From contig CAVXGK010000002.1 of the NCBI GenBank assembly GCA_963761305.1, positions 1,472,001 through 1,536,000 on the forward strand: a stretch of DNA of 64,000 bases, in the 5' to 3' direction. Source of the DNA: an uncultured Gemmatimonadaceae bacterium (GTDB taxonomy: Bacteria > Gemmatimonadota > Gemmatimonadetes > Gemmatimonadales > Gemmatimonadaceae). The notes beneath the pieces were generated by a model, which worked only from the letters and a program-made list of their open reading frames with translations, was not told the origin of the DNA and searched no databases. This document shows, piece by piece, positions 30,440-40,049 of this stretch (its first letter is position 1; each line of letters opens with the position of its first letter). The translations under genes and the position numbers were made by a program.

Positions 30440-31141
30440 ATGATCCGTTTCGATAGAGTCTCGAAGACATACCCGCGCGCCGTTGCCGGAAGCTCGGCGC
30501 TGCGAGACGCCTCCTTCCGGATCGCGAAGGGAGAATTCGTCTTCCTTACGGGTCCGAGCGGCGCCGGCAAAAGCACCATCCTCAAGCTGCTCTATATGGA
30601 AGAGCGGCCGAGCACGGGCGAAGTCCGCGTGAGCGGCTACAGCTCGGCCACCAGCAAGCGGCGTGACGTCGCGAAGCTCCGCCGCCGGCTCGGCATCATC
30701 TTCCAGGACTTTCGCTTGCTCGAGGATCGGACGGCCGAGGGCAACGTGGCGTTCGCGCTCGAGGTGATCGGCGCGCCGCGATCGTCGATCGCGAATCGCG
30801 TGGCTCGCGTGCTGACGCAGGTCGGCCTCGCGTCGAAGGCGACGGCGTATCCCAAGGAGCTCTCCGGCGGCGAGCAGCAGCGCGTGGCATTCGCTCGCGC
30901 GCTCGTCAACGATCCGTTCGTCCTGATCGCCGACGAGCCGACGGGAAACCTCGACGACCGCGCGAGCCGCGGAATCTTCCAGCTGCTGCGCGAGATCAAT
31001 GCGTCGGGCACGGCGGTGATCATGGCGACGCACGATCTCGACCTCGTCCGGTCGAGCGAGTATCGCTGCCTCGAGCTCAATCACGGCGAAGTCGTGTTCG
31101 ACTCCGCCGACGCGGTCAAGGTCGAGATCGAGGTCGAGTGA
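30440..31141 (+). CDS. ftsE: cell division ATP-binding protein FtsE
   Basis: GPSGAGKST, FQDFRLL, LSGGEQQR, ADEPTGNLD; followed by ftsX; start 30419-30440. Confidence 0.93.
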   Translation: MIRFDRVSKTYPRAVAGSSALRDASFRIAKGEFVFLTGPSGAGKSTILKLLYMEERPSTGEVRVSGYSSATSKRRDVAKLRRRLGIIFQDFRLLEDRTAEGNVAFALEVIGAPRSSIANRVARVLTQVGLASKATAYPKELSGGEQQRVAFARALVNDPFVLIADEPTGNLDDRASRGIFQLLREINASGTAVIMATHDLDLVRSSEYRCLELNHGEVVFDSADAVKVEIEVE

Positions 31142-31989
31142 TGACATCGTTCAAGACGGCGTTCTCCGCGTTCCGCCGCTCGCCGTTGTTGAGCGCGCTG
31201 AGCATCACGACGATCGCGTTCTCGCTGTTCGCGTTCGGCCTGTTCGGGCTCGTGGCGCTGAACATCCGCAGCGCGCTGCAGAAAATCGAGGAGCGGGTGG
31301 AGATTCGCGCCTTCATCGCCGACAGCACGAGCGACGAGCAGATCGCGAGCGCCGCGGACCAGATCTCGAAGTTCCCCGAGGTCCTCAAGGTCGACGTCGT
31401 GACGCAGGACCAGGCGCTCGAGCGCGCGAAGAAGGAGCTCGGAGAGTTCAAGGACGTTTTCGAGGCCGGCGTGCTGCCCGCGTCGTTGGACATCAAGCTC
31501 AAGCCGGGACACCGCGATCCGGAATCCGTGCGCCGCGTCGCCGACCATCTGCACGAAGTCGATTTCGTCGACGACGTGCGCTTCGGCGAAGAGTGGATCA
31601 CGCAGCTCTATCGCCTGCGCAACATCGCCGGCGTCGCCGGGATTGCGCTCGGCCTCGCGTTCGCGGCCGTTGCCGTGATCATCATCGGCGCGACGATCCG
31701 CATGGCCGTGCTGGCGCGCAGCAATGAGATCTCGATCATGCGACTCGTCGGCGCCACCGACGGGTTCATCAGCCGCCCCTTCCTTATAGAAGGTTCGGTC
31801 AAGGGCATCCTCGGCGGCACGCTAGCACTGGGGCTGACGTACATCGCAATGCAGATGCTGCAGCAATATCTGCATTTTCAGACCATCTTCTTCGACAGCC
31901 GTCTCGCCCTGCTCGGGGTGCTCTCGGGCGCCGTGATGGGATTCGCCGGCAGCGTCGTCTCGGTCGGCCGGCACCTTCGCGAAGTATGA
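31138..31989 (+). CDS. ftsX: cell division permease FtsX
   Basis: EISIMRLVGATDGFISRPFLIEG; TM pattern. Confidence 0.92.
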   Translation: MMTSFKTAFSAFRRSPLLSALSITTIAFSLFAFGLFGLVALNIRSALQKIEERVEIRAFIADSTSDEQIASAADQISKFPEVLKVDVVTQDQALERAKKELGEFKDVFEAGVLPASLDIKLKPGHRDPESVRRVADHLHEVDFVDDVRFGEEWITQLYRLRNIAGVAGIALGLAFAAVAVIIIGATIRMAVLARSNEISIMRLVGATDGFISRPFLIEGSVKGILGGTLALGLTYIAMQMLQQYLHFQTIFFDSRLALLGVLSGAVMGFAGSVVSVGRHLREV

Positions 31990-33197
31990 CGCGAGCACGC
32001 CGGGCGCTCCTCTGCTGCGCGGCGCTGTTGCTTTGCACGGCGCCGGCAATGGCGTCGGCCCAGGTGCCGGATCGCATACGCGCGCAGCGCGACACGCTCG
32101 ACCGGATTCGCCGCGAGCGCGAGGCGCTCGAGCGACAGGCGTCTGATCTCCAGAACAGCGTCCACGATCTCGACGCCGAGGTGACGAACCTCAACGAGCG
32201 AGCCGACGCCACCGAGCGGCTGGTGCGCGCGCTGGACGATCAACTCGCGACGATCAGCGGCGAGGCCGACAAGGCGACGCGAAACGTCGCCACCGCCGGC
32301 CAAGAGCTCGACGCGAAGCAGCACGCGCTGCGCGCGCGCCTGGTGGACATCTACAAGCGCGGCCCGTTGTTCACGACGCAAGTGATGCTGTCGGCGCGAT
32401 CGTTCGGCGAGTTGGTCGCGCGGTACAAATACCTCCATACGATCGCCGTCCACGACCGCGCGCTCGTCAGCCGCGTCGAGGAGTTGCGCGACCGCGTGAC
32501 GCGGGAGCAGGGCCGGTTGGTCGGCCTGCGCAGCCAGCTGGAGCTCAACCGCGGCGACAAGGCCCGCGAAGAGGAGCAGCTTCGCGCGCTCGAGCAAGAG
32601 CGCGGCGCGACGCTGGCGCGCACCAAGGTGCAAGCCCGCGACACCGAAGACCGGCTACTCCGCATGAAGGCGACCGAGGCGCAATTCGCCAACATCATCG
32701 CCAACCTCGACGCCGACCGCCGTCGCGCCGATGCGACGCGACCCAACGCCGTGGTCAATACGAGCACGATTCACTCGGCCGACTACGGCCACCTCGACTG
32801 GCCCGTCAGCGGCCCGCTCGTCTACACCTTCGGCAAGGCGCAGACAGCGAGCAACACGACGATTCGCTGGAACGGCGTCGGCATCCGCGCGCCGGTGGGC
32901 ACCAGCGTTGCCGCGGTGGCGCCCGGGCGCGTGGTGAACGTCGGCCAGCTCGGGACGTACGGCCTCACGGTGATCATCGACCACGGCGGCGGCGATTACT
33001 CGATCTACGGCTCTCTCGACCGCGCCGACGTCCGCGCGCAGCAAATCGTGGCCAAGGGACAGGTCATTGGCGAAGTCGGCGTGTCGGATCCAGAGCTCCC
33101 ACCACATCTCCATTTCGAGATTCGGCATGGCGGAGCGGACGGGCGGCCGTCGTCGGTGGATCCCGCGACCTGGCTGAGAGCGAACAGCGACAAGTGA
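31986..33197 (+). CDS. envC: murein hydrolase activator EnvC-like (coiled coil + degenerate M23)
   Basis: Signal peptide, long coiled coil, WNGVGI in place of HxGxD, HLHFEIR; synteny with ftsEX. Confidence 0.8.
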   Translation: MTRARRALLCCAALLLCTAPAMASAQVPDRIRAQRDTLDRIRREREALERQASDLQNSVHDLDAEVTNLNERADATERLVRALDDQLATISGEADKATRNVATAGQELDAKQHALRARLVDIYKRGPLFTTQVMLSARSFGELVARYKYLHTIAVHDRALVSRVEELRDRVTREQGRLVGLRSQLELNRGDKAREEEQLRALEQERGATLARTKVQARDTEDRLLRMKATEAQFANIIANLDADRRRADATRPNAVVNTSTIHSADYGHLDWPVSGPLVYTFGKAQTASNTTIRWNGVGIRAPVGTSVAAVAPGRVVNVGQLGTYGLTVIIDHGGGDYSIYGSLDRADVRAQQIVAKGQVIGEVGVSDPELPPHLHFEIRHGGADGRPSSVDPATWLRANSDK

Positions 33198-33243
33198 CGA
33201 GCTCGTGCCCCTCGGAGTTCGTCCTCTTCGCCCTTCGGAGTCC

Positions 33244-33447
33244 ATGACCAAGCGCTGCTCCACCTGCGGCCGCTTTCGCTCTTACAATGAAGACGATCGT
33301 TATTGCGTCGGCTGCGGGAACGAGTCGCTCGAGGACTCCTGCGCCTGCGGCCGCGCGTACGACTACGCGCTGAACGAGAGCGGCGCGATTCATTGTCCGC
33401 GATGCGGGCGGTCGTTCCACGGCAAGTCGGAAGAGTTCGACGCGTAA
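33244..33447 (+). CDS. double zinc-ribbon small protein
   Basis: CSTC, CVGC, CAC, CPRC. Confidence 0.75.
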   Translation: MTKRCSTCGRFRSYNEDDRYCVGCGNESLEDSCACGRAYDYALNESGAIHCPRCGRSFHGKSEEFDA

Positions 33448-33685
33448 GCGTCGGCCCGCGCAGAAAGAAACCCGAAGCGACAGATCGCGGCCCTGTAGGC
33501 GCCGTCGCCGAAAAGTGCAAGGCGTCGCCGGCACCCTTTGCGCAAAGCCGCCGATTGGGTGGCTCATTACACCGTGGATACAACATATCGGTGAAACTTC
33601 CCAACCAAATTCGCGTGTAGTCTGTCCAATGGCGTTGACCGAACGGCCGCCGCTTCGGACAACATTCAGCAGACTCGACACTCGG

Positions 33686-36271
33686 ATGATTGGATTGGCA
33701 GTCGGCGCAGCACTGGCCCTTATCGCACCGCTCCAGGCAGGTCCGCAGGAACACAACGGCCGTGCGCAGCTCAGCGGCGTCGCGCACTCGGTGCCCGCGC
33801 CGACTGATTCTGGTGCGGTAGCCGTTCGCGCCACAAAACCGCCCGTCATCGACGGCATCGATGAGGACGCGGTCTGGCGCGACGCGCCGCCGATCACCGC
33901 GTTCCGGCAATGGCAGCCGACCGAAGGCGGCGAAGCCCGCTTCCGCACCGAGGCGAAGGTCGCGTACGACGCCGCGAATCTCTACGTGTTCGTGCGCGCG
34001 TTCGACCCGCATCCCGACAGCATCATCAAGATCCTCGAGCGGCGCGACACGTTCACGCCGTCGGACATGATCTGGCTGTTCATCGACTCGTACCACGACC
34101 ACCGCACCGGCTTCGAGTTCGGCGTGAACGCCGCGGGCGTCAAGATCGACCAGGCGGTCTACGACGACGGGAACGAAGACAGCGCATGGGACGGCGTTTG
34201 GGACGTCGCCACGCGAATCGACTCGCTCGGCTGGACCGCCGAGTTCCGGATCCCGCTGTCGCAGCTCCGGTACAGCCGCGACCGCAGCCACACGTTCGGA
34301 TTCACGATCGACCGCGACATCTATCGGTTCAACGAGCGAGTGAGTTGGCCGCTCTTCCGCCAATCGAAGACCGGATTCGTCTCGCAGTTCGGTTCACTCA
34401 GCGGGTTAGACGACCTCGAGGCGCCGCGTCGTCTCGAGGCGATGCCGTACGTCGTGACCAAAAACGCATCGCACATCAGCGACAACCGTTACACCGATCG
34501 CTCGGACGCCACACTCGGCGGCGACCTCAAATACCGCGTCGCGTCGAACCTCACGCTCGACGCGACGATCAACCCCGACTTCGGCCAGGTCGAGGCGGAC
34601 CCCGCGGTTCTGAATCTGTCGGCGTACGAATCCTTCTTCGACGAACGACGTCCGTTCTTCGTCGCCGGCCGAGGACTGTTCCGGTTCGACGTCGACTGCA
34701 GCGCCGTCAACTGCTACAGCGAAGGCCTCTACTACAGCCGGCGCATCGGGCGCACCCCGGAGCTCGCGCCGACGTACGGCGACACGGTTCCGCAGTCGCC
34801 CACCACCATCCTCGGCGCCGCCAAGCTGACCGGGCGATTCCCGAGCGGACTCACCATCGGCGTGCTCGACGCGACGACGCAGCGTGCCTCGAGCCCGGGT
34901 GACACGACGTACGAGCCGGCGACGAACTACGCCGTGGCGCGCGCGAAGCAGGATTTTCGCGACGGCAACAGCTCGATCGGCGGCATGTTCACGGCGGTGA
35001 ACCGGAGCAACGACCGGTGGTCCTCGCCGTTTCTCGCGTCGAGCGCGTACGCGGCGGCGATGGACTTCCGTCATCGCCTCTTCGCCAATCAGTACGAACT
35101 CTCGGGGTCGTTGGACAAGAGCCGCGTCGACGGAAGCAGCGCCGACATTCTCGCGCTGCAGACGAACGCGGTCCACTACTACCAGCGTCCCGACGCCGGT
35201 CTCCCGCTCGACTCGACCGCCACGTCGCTCGGCGGCGACGCCGAGGAACTCAAGTTCGGCAAGATCGCCGGGCAGAACCTGATGTACGAGACGTCGTACA
35301 TGCGCCGGTCGGCGGGCTTCGAGGTGAACGATCTCGGCTATCTCCGCCGCGCCGATCAGCAGTCGTGGAACAACTGGATGGGCTTCTTCGACCGCAAGCA
35401 GCGCGCGTTCACGAATCGCATCCAGTGGAACAACAACTGGTGGCAGTACTGGACGACGGCCGGGCTCCCGCTCGAAGCGGCGTACAACACGAACCTGCAG
35501 ATCACGCTGCGCAATAACATGGGCGTGCACGGCGGCGGTACGATCGGCCAGTTGGGAACGACGTACGACGACCGCGGCGCCCGCGGCGGCCCGGCGGTTC
35601 GACAGGATCCGTATCTCGCTCCGTGGATCTACCTCAACGGCGACGACAAGCATTCGGTCGTACCGTCGTTCAGCGCCAACTGGTTCAGCGGATCGGGTGG
35701 TCGCAATCGCTCGTGGAACGCCGGTCCCGAGATCGACTACAAGGTCCTCGGCCGGTTCAGTTCCGCGTTCTCGCTCAACTACTCGCGCAACGTGGCCGAC
35801 AACCAGTGGTACAGCAACTACACCGACTCGGTGCACGTGACGCACTACACGTTCGCGCATCTCAACCAGACGACGACGTCGGCGACGGTGCGATTGAACT
35901 ACACGTTCACGCCGAACGTGTCACTCCAGGCGTACACGCAACCGTTCGTGTCGAAGGGCACGTACTCGGACATCCGCCAACTCTCCGCCACGCCGCGCGC
36001 GTCATCGTACGACGATCGCTACGCCGCGTACGGCGACACGTCGGTCACGAACAATCCGGGCGGCTTCAACTTCAAGGAATTCCAATCGAACGTGGTCTTC
36101 CGCTGGGAGTACAAGCCGGGGTCGACGCTGTTTCTGGTGTGGAACGAAGGCCGCCAGGGGTACATTCCCGCGCAGGGCGCGACCGATTTCTCCGGCGACG
36201 TGCGCGACCTGATGCGCCTGCACCCCGCGAACACGTTCCTGGTGAAGGTGTCGTACTGGCTGAATCGTTGA
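33686..36271 (+). CDS. CBM9-like/DUF5916 outer-membrane protein
   Basis: PVIDG.DE..W, GWTAEFRIP, TINPDFGQVEAD, ERRPFF, YYSRRIG; C-terminal KVSYW. Confidence 0.82.
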   Translation: MIGLAVGAALALIAPLQAGPQEHNGRAQLSGVAHSVPAPTDSGAVAVRATKPPVIDGIDEDAVWRDAPPITAFRQWQPTEGGEARFRTEAKVAYDAANLYVFVRAFDPHPDSIIKILERRDTFTPSDMIWLFIDSYHDHRTGFEFGVNAAGVKIDQAVYDDGNEDSAWDGVWDVATRIDSLGWTAEFRIPLSQLRYSRDRSHTFGFTIDRDIYRFNERVSWPLFRQSKTGFVSQFGSLSGLDDLEAPRRLEAMPYVVTKNASHISDNRYTDRSDATLGGDLKYRVASNLTLDATINPDFGQVEADPAVLNLSAYESFFDERRPFFVAGRGLFRFDVDCSAVNCYSEGLYYSRRIGRTPELAPTYGDTVPQSPTTILGAAKLTGRFPSGLTIGVLDATTQRASSPGDTTYEPATNYAVARAKQDFRDGNSSIGGMFTAVNRSNDRWSSPFLASSAYAAAMDFRHRLFANQYELSGSLDKSRVDGSSADILALQTNAVHYYQRPDAGLPLDSTATSLGGDAEELKFGKIAGQNLMYETSYMRRSAGFEVNDLGYLRRADQQSWNNWMGFFDRKQRAFTNRIQWNNNWWQYWTTAGLPLEAAYNTNLQITLRNNMGVHGGGTIGQLGTTYDDRGARGGPAVRQDPYLAPWIYLNGDDKHSVVPSFSANWFSGSGGRNRSWNAGPEIDYKVLGRFSSAFSLNYSRNVADNQWYSNYTDSVHVTHYTFAHLNQTTTSATVRLNYTFTPNVSLQAYTQPFVSKGTYSDIRQLSATPRASSYDDRYAAYGDTSVTNNPGGFNFKEFQSNVVFRWEYKPGSTLFLVWNEGRQGYIPAQGATDFSGDVRDLMRLHPANTFLVKVSYWLNR

Positions 36272-36366
36272 GTGACCGGGCCCTCTAACGAGTAGATTCG
36301 CAGGCGCGCCGGAGTCCGCCGGCGCCGCGAACTCCGGAGAGCCCGATCGTGATCGACCGGTATGGC

Positions 36367-37101
36367 ATGCGACGTATTGCGCCGCTCGCGGCGCTGGCGT
36401 TCGCGCTCGCAGCGGCCGAGCCCGCAGCGGCGCAGTCGATTCCGGGCGCGGTGCTCGCCAAGCGAGAGCCGCATCATCATTTCGTGTACGAGGACTCGAC
36501 GATTCGCGTGCTGCGCGTCCGCGTCCCACCGCACGACACGACGCTGCTGCACGAACACGACCCAGACTACTTCTGGGTCGCGCTGGGCCCGAGCACGCTG
36601 ATCAACGTCAAACCGGGTTCGCCCGACGCGGCGGTGACGTCGGCCGATCTCGCGGTTCATTACAGTTTTGGCAAGTTCGCGCACATCGCGCGCAACCCGG
36701 GCGACGCGCCGTTCGACAACATCACCGTGGAGCTGCTCCAATCCCAGACGAACGTGCGCAACCTCTGCGAGCCCGCCGTGGCGAACAAGCCGCTCGACTG
36801 TCCGCCGGCGTCGACGTCGAGCCTCTTCTACACCGGCGTCACCGACCACGCCGCTCTGGCATCGGACCAGCTGCGGGTGAGCCTCCTCACCATCGCTCCC
36901 GGCGGTACACTTCATCCGACTGGGCGCGCGCGCGCCACGTGGGTGATCGCGCTCGACACGGCCGATACTCGGCGCGGGTTGAAGGTCGAAGGGGCGCCGA
37001 AGTGGGTGGGCGGAACGTTTCGCGCGGCGCGCGGAGAGACATGGGCGCTCCGGAATGTCGGTAGTCGCGCGATTCGAGTGATCGGGGTTGTGAGCGACTG
37101 A
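36367..37101 (+). CDS. exported cupin-like hypothetical protein
   Basis: Signal peptide; EPHHH, IRVLRVRVPP..TLLHEH, H...N. Confidence 0.65.
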   Translation: MRRIAPLAALAFALAAAEPAAAQSIPGAVLAKREPHHHFVYEDSTIRVLRVRVPPHDTTLLHEHDPDYFWVALGPSTLINVKPGSPDAAVTSADLAVHYSFGKFAHIARNPGDAPFDNITVELLQSQTNVRNLCEPAVANKPLDCPPASTSSLFYTGVTDHAALASDQLRVSLLTIAPGGTLHPTGRARATWVIALDTADTRRGLKVEGAPKWVGGTFRAARGETWALRNVGSRAIRVIGVVSD

Positions 37102-37126
37102 ACGACTCAACGACTCAACCGCGAGA

Positions 37127-37342
37127 GGGCGCGACGGCCGAAGGGCGCGACGGCCGAAGGGCGCGACGGCCGAAGGGCGCGACGGCCGAAGGGCGCGACG
37201 GCCGAAGGGCGCACCGGCCAAACGGCGCACCGGCCAAACGGCGCACCGGCCAAACGGCGCACCGGCCAAACGGCGCACCGGCCAAACGGCGCACCGGCCA
37301 AACGGCGCACCGGTCAAACGGCGCGACGGTCAAACGGCGCGA
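37127..37342 (+). repeat. 16-bp tandem array, ~13.5 units: (GGGCGCGACGGCCGAA)x5 then (CGGCGCACCGGCCAAA)-type
   Basis: Read directly; preceded by 8-mers cgactgaa cgactcaa cgactcaa. Confidence 0.95.
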
Positions 37343-37425
37343 GATGCGAATTACGAGGATCGAAACGGCGAATCGTGCGATCGGACAACCGCTCTCGCCG
37401 TTCGATCGTTACGCCGTTCGAGCTG

Positions 37426-37525
37426 GCGCTCTTCGGCCGTTGCGCTCTTCGGCCGTTGCGCTCTTCGGCCGTTGCGCTCTTCGGCCGTTGCGCTCTTCGG
37501 CCGTTGCGCTCTTCGGCCGTTGCGC
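37426..37525 (-). repeat. 16-bp tandem array x6, inverted relative to 37127-37342
   Basis: (GCGCTCTTCGGCCGTT)x6; reverse-complement unit GAGCGCAACGGCCGAA. Confidence 0.95.
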
Positions 37526-37528
37526 CTG

Positions 37529-39115
37529 TCAGCCGCTCGCGCTGTTCGGCAAAACGAAGCGATGCGAGCGATGTTCGTACGAATGCGCCAACGCTAGGAC
37601 CCTCGCGTCAGTGCCCGGCAGTCCGACGAATGAGAGATTGCCCGCCGGCATCCCGTCAGCCCCAAGGCCACTCGGCACCGAGACCTCGGGCAGGCCGAGC
37701 CAGTTGCCGTAGCCGAGCGTGGTGCGAATATCCGGCCATGGATCGACAGCGCGTGGAGCTGGGAATGGCATCGTCGGGTAGATCATCGCGTCGAGACGCT
37801 GCGCGCGAAACGTCGCCGTGAGTTGGGCGATCGCGGCTTCGCGTGAGCGCGCGAACGAGACGCCCGCGGGGTCGCGTTCGTATGGCTGGTCGATCAACTG
37901 CGCCATGTCCGACCAATCCTTCGGCAGCACGTCGTAGAATGCGCGGTATGGCGCCAGCCCGCGCTCGACGTCGGCGCGCGCATCGCCGCCGTGCGTTTGG
38001 AAATATCGAAAGAGCGCGTTCGCAGTCGCTGCCCGTGAGTTCGCGTTCGGCGGCACGTCGCCGCGATCCTTGGCCGATTGGATGAAGACATCACGCACCG
38101 TCGCGCGCGTGACGGTTGGTGCGCACGGCATCACGATGGCACCGGCGGCTTCGATATCAGCGACCGCGCGGTCGAACACCGACAGCGAGTCGGCGCTCAT
38201 CTGCGCGCGGGGCACATGCGCGTCGACCAGGCCGAGTCGTGCGCCGGGGAGCGCGTCGTCGCGGAGCGCGGCGAGCAGGCCGCGCGTCCACGGTGTCGAG
38301 AGCGCGAGGCCGTCCGACGCGTCGGGGCCGGCGATCGCGTCGAGCAGCAGCGCGGCGTCAGCGACGTGACGCGCGAGCGGACCGTGCGTGTCGAGATACG
38401 GCCATGTCGGAATCACGCCGGTGCGCGGCACGAGTCCGAACGTCGGCTTCATGCCGACGATGCCGCAGAACTGCGCGGGGATGCGATTCGATCCGCCGTC
38501 GTCGGTGCCGAGCGCGGCGAAGGCCATGCCGCATGCGACCGAGACCGCGGATCCTGCGCTCGACCCGCCGGGGGTCTTCGCTCCCGACGGATCGTACGGA
38601 TTGCGCACCTGGCCGGTGAGCGAGCTCGTACCGTTGCCGTGATACGCGAAGTCGTCCGCGGCGGTCTTGCCGAGTACGACGGCGCCCGCGGTGCGCATGC
38701 GCGCGACTTCGATCGAATCGCGCGCGACCGCGGCCGGAAACAGTCTCGCCCACTCCGCGTTCGAGGCTGTGGTCGGCAGACCGTTCATGTCGTAAATGGC
38801 CTTCGCGAAGACAGGAACACCGTCGAGCGGCCCGCGCAGCGCTCCGCGTCGTGCGCGCTCGTCGGATGCGCGTGCGTCGTCCATGGCCGTCGGCGACAGT
38901 TCGTCGATCGCGCGCAGCCACCCGTTCAGCGCGTTGCAGCGGTCGAGCGCTTGCTTCGTCACCTCCGCGGCACTCCAGTCGCCGCGCGCACGTCCGGCCT
39001 GATATTCGGCGATCGTCCCCGCGAGTGGGTCGGCGAGACGCGCCGGCCATCGAATGAGCGGGATGGCGAGGAGCGCACTGAGCTCGACGAGGGCTTCGCG
39101 GCGGGTGGGTGACAT
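37529..39115 (-). CDS. amidase signature family protein
   Basis: GPLDGVPVFAK, PGGSSAGSA, LGTDDGGSNRIPA; Tat-like TRRE N-terminus from ATG 39115. Confidence 0.9.
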   Translation of the reverse strand: MSPTRREALVELSALLAIPLIRWPARLADPLAGTIAEYQAGRARGDWSAAEVTKQALDRCNALNGWLRAIDELSPTAMDDARASDERARRGALRGPLDGVPVFAKAIYDMNGLPTTASNAEWARLFPAAVARDSIEVARMRTAGAVVLGKTAADDFAYHGNGTSSLTGQVRNPYDPSGAKTPGGSSAGSAVSVACGMAFAALGTDDGGSNRIPAQFCGIVGMKPTFGLVPRTGVIPTWPYLDTHGPLARHVADAALLLDAIAGPDASDGLALSTPWTRGLLAALRDDALPGARLGLVDAHVPRAQMSADSLSVFDRAVADIEAAGAIVMPCAPTVTRATVRDVFIQSAKDRGDVPPNANSRAATANALFRYFQTHGGDARADVERGLAPYRAFYDVLPKDWSDMAQLIDQPYERDPAGVSFARSREAAIAQLTATFRAQRLDAMIYPTMPFPAPRAVDPWPDIRTTLGYGNWLGLPEVSVPSGLGADGMPAGNLSFVGLPGTDARVLALAHSYEHRSHRFVLPNSASG

Positions 39116-39227
39116 CGGGCGGAAAGATTCCCTCGGCGCGCGCTCGTCGCAATCACCCGCGACGCTGACCGATCGCTGGCGACCGGCGGCGTTCCGCTGC
39201 ACCTTTGCGGGCCCTCTCTCCCCCACG

Positions 39228-40049
39228 ATGATCCGATCCTCACGAACAATCGTCCTCGCCGCCGGTGCCCTCGCGCTCGTGTTGCCTGCCCGAGCGCAGA
39301 CGCCGCCCACGGTGACGCTGACGCGTCTTCAGTGCGGCTCGAACGCCGCGCCGACGGACGTCGGTCTGCGATTCTCCGACACGTATTCATACACCGGGCT
39401 CAAGGTGCAGCTCACCTTCAGCTGCTACCTGATCAAGCACGGCGACGACTACATGATCTGGGATACCGGCAACCCCGTCGGCTCGGCGGCGACGGCGCCG
39501 AAGACGAGCCTCACCGAACTCCTCGCGCAGCTCAAGGTCACGCCGGCGCAGGTGAAGTACGTCGGCATCAGCCACTATCATGGCGATCACACGGGCCAGG
39601 CGAGACAGTTTCCGCAGGCGACGCTGCTGATCGGCAAAGGCGACTGGGACGTCATCACCGATCCAAAGCCGGTGACGCCGATGGACCCCGCCGTCTTCGC
39701 GCCATGGACGAGCGGCGAAGGGAAGGTCGAACCAGTCGTCGGCGATAAGGACGTTTTCGGCGATGGGAGTGTGGTGATGCTCTACACGCCGGGGCACACG
39801 CCCGGGCATCACAGTCTGCTCGTGAAGCTCAAGGAGACGGGCAACGTGATCATCTCGGGGGACCTCGCGCACTTCCACGAGAACTACGAGACCAACGGCG
39901 TGCCGACGTTCAACAGCGATCGCTCGCAATCGCTCGCCTCGCTCGATCGCATCAAGAAGCTGGCGACGAGCCTCAAGGCGACGGTGATCATTCAGCACGA
40001 CCAACGAGACGTGGACAAGCTGCCGGCGTTCCCGACATCGGCCAAATGA
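39228..40049 (+). CDS. exported metallo-beta-lactamase fold protein, N-acyl-homoserine lactonase-like
   Basis: Signal peptide, WDTG, SHYHGDH, TPGHTPGH, SGDLAH, IQHD. Confidence 0.82.
   Translation: MIRSSRTIVLAAGALALVLPARAQTPPTVTLTRLQCGSNAAPTDVGLRFSDTYSYTGLKVQLTFSCYLIKHGDDYMIWDTGNPVGSAATAPKTSLTELLAQLKVTPAQVKYVGISHYHGDHTGQARQFPQATLLIGKGDWDVITDPKPVTPMDPAVFAPWTSGEGKVEPVVGDKDVFGDGSVVMLYTPGHTPGHHSLLVKLKETGNVIISGDLAHFHENYETNGVPTFNSDRSQSLASLDRIKKLATSLKATVIIQHDQRDVDKLPAFPTSAK

Noticed and set aside
33570..33593. Imperfect palindrome CACCG..GATA..TATC.GGTG upstream of the DUF5916 gene
   Set aside because: Weak symmetry, single instance, and no adjacent regulator.
36019..37821. ORFs with RRALRPSRPS/AVALFG repeats (36019..37317, 37107..37310, 37344..37712; also 41912..42374)
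   Set aside because: Translations of stop-free GC-rich DNA repeats; the unit length of 16 is not a multiple of 3.
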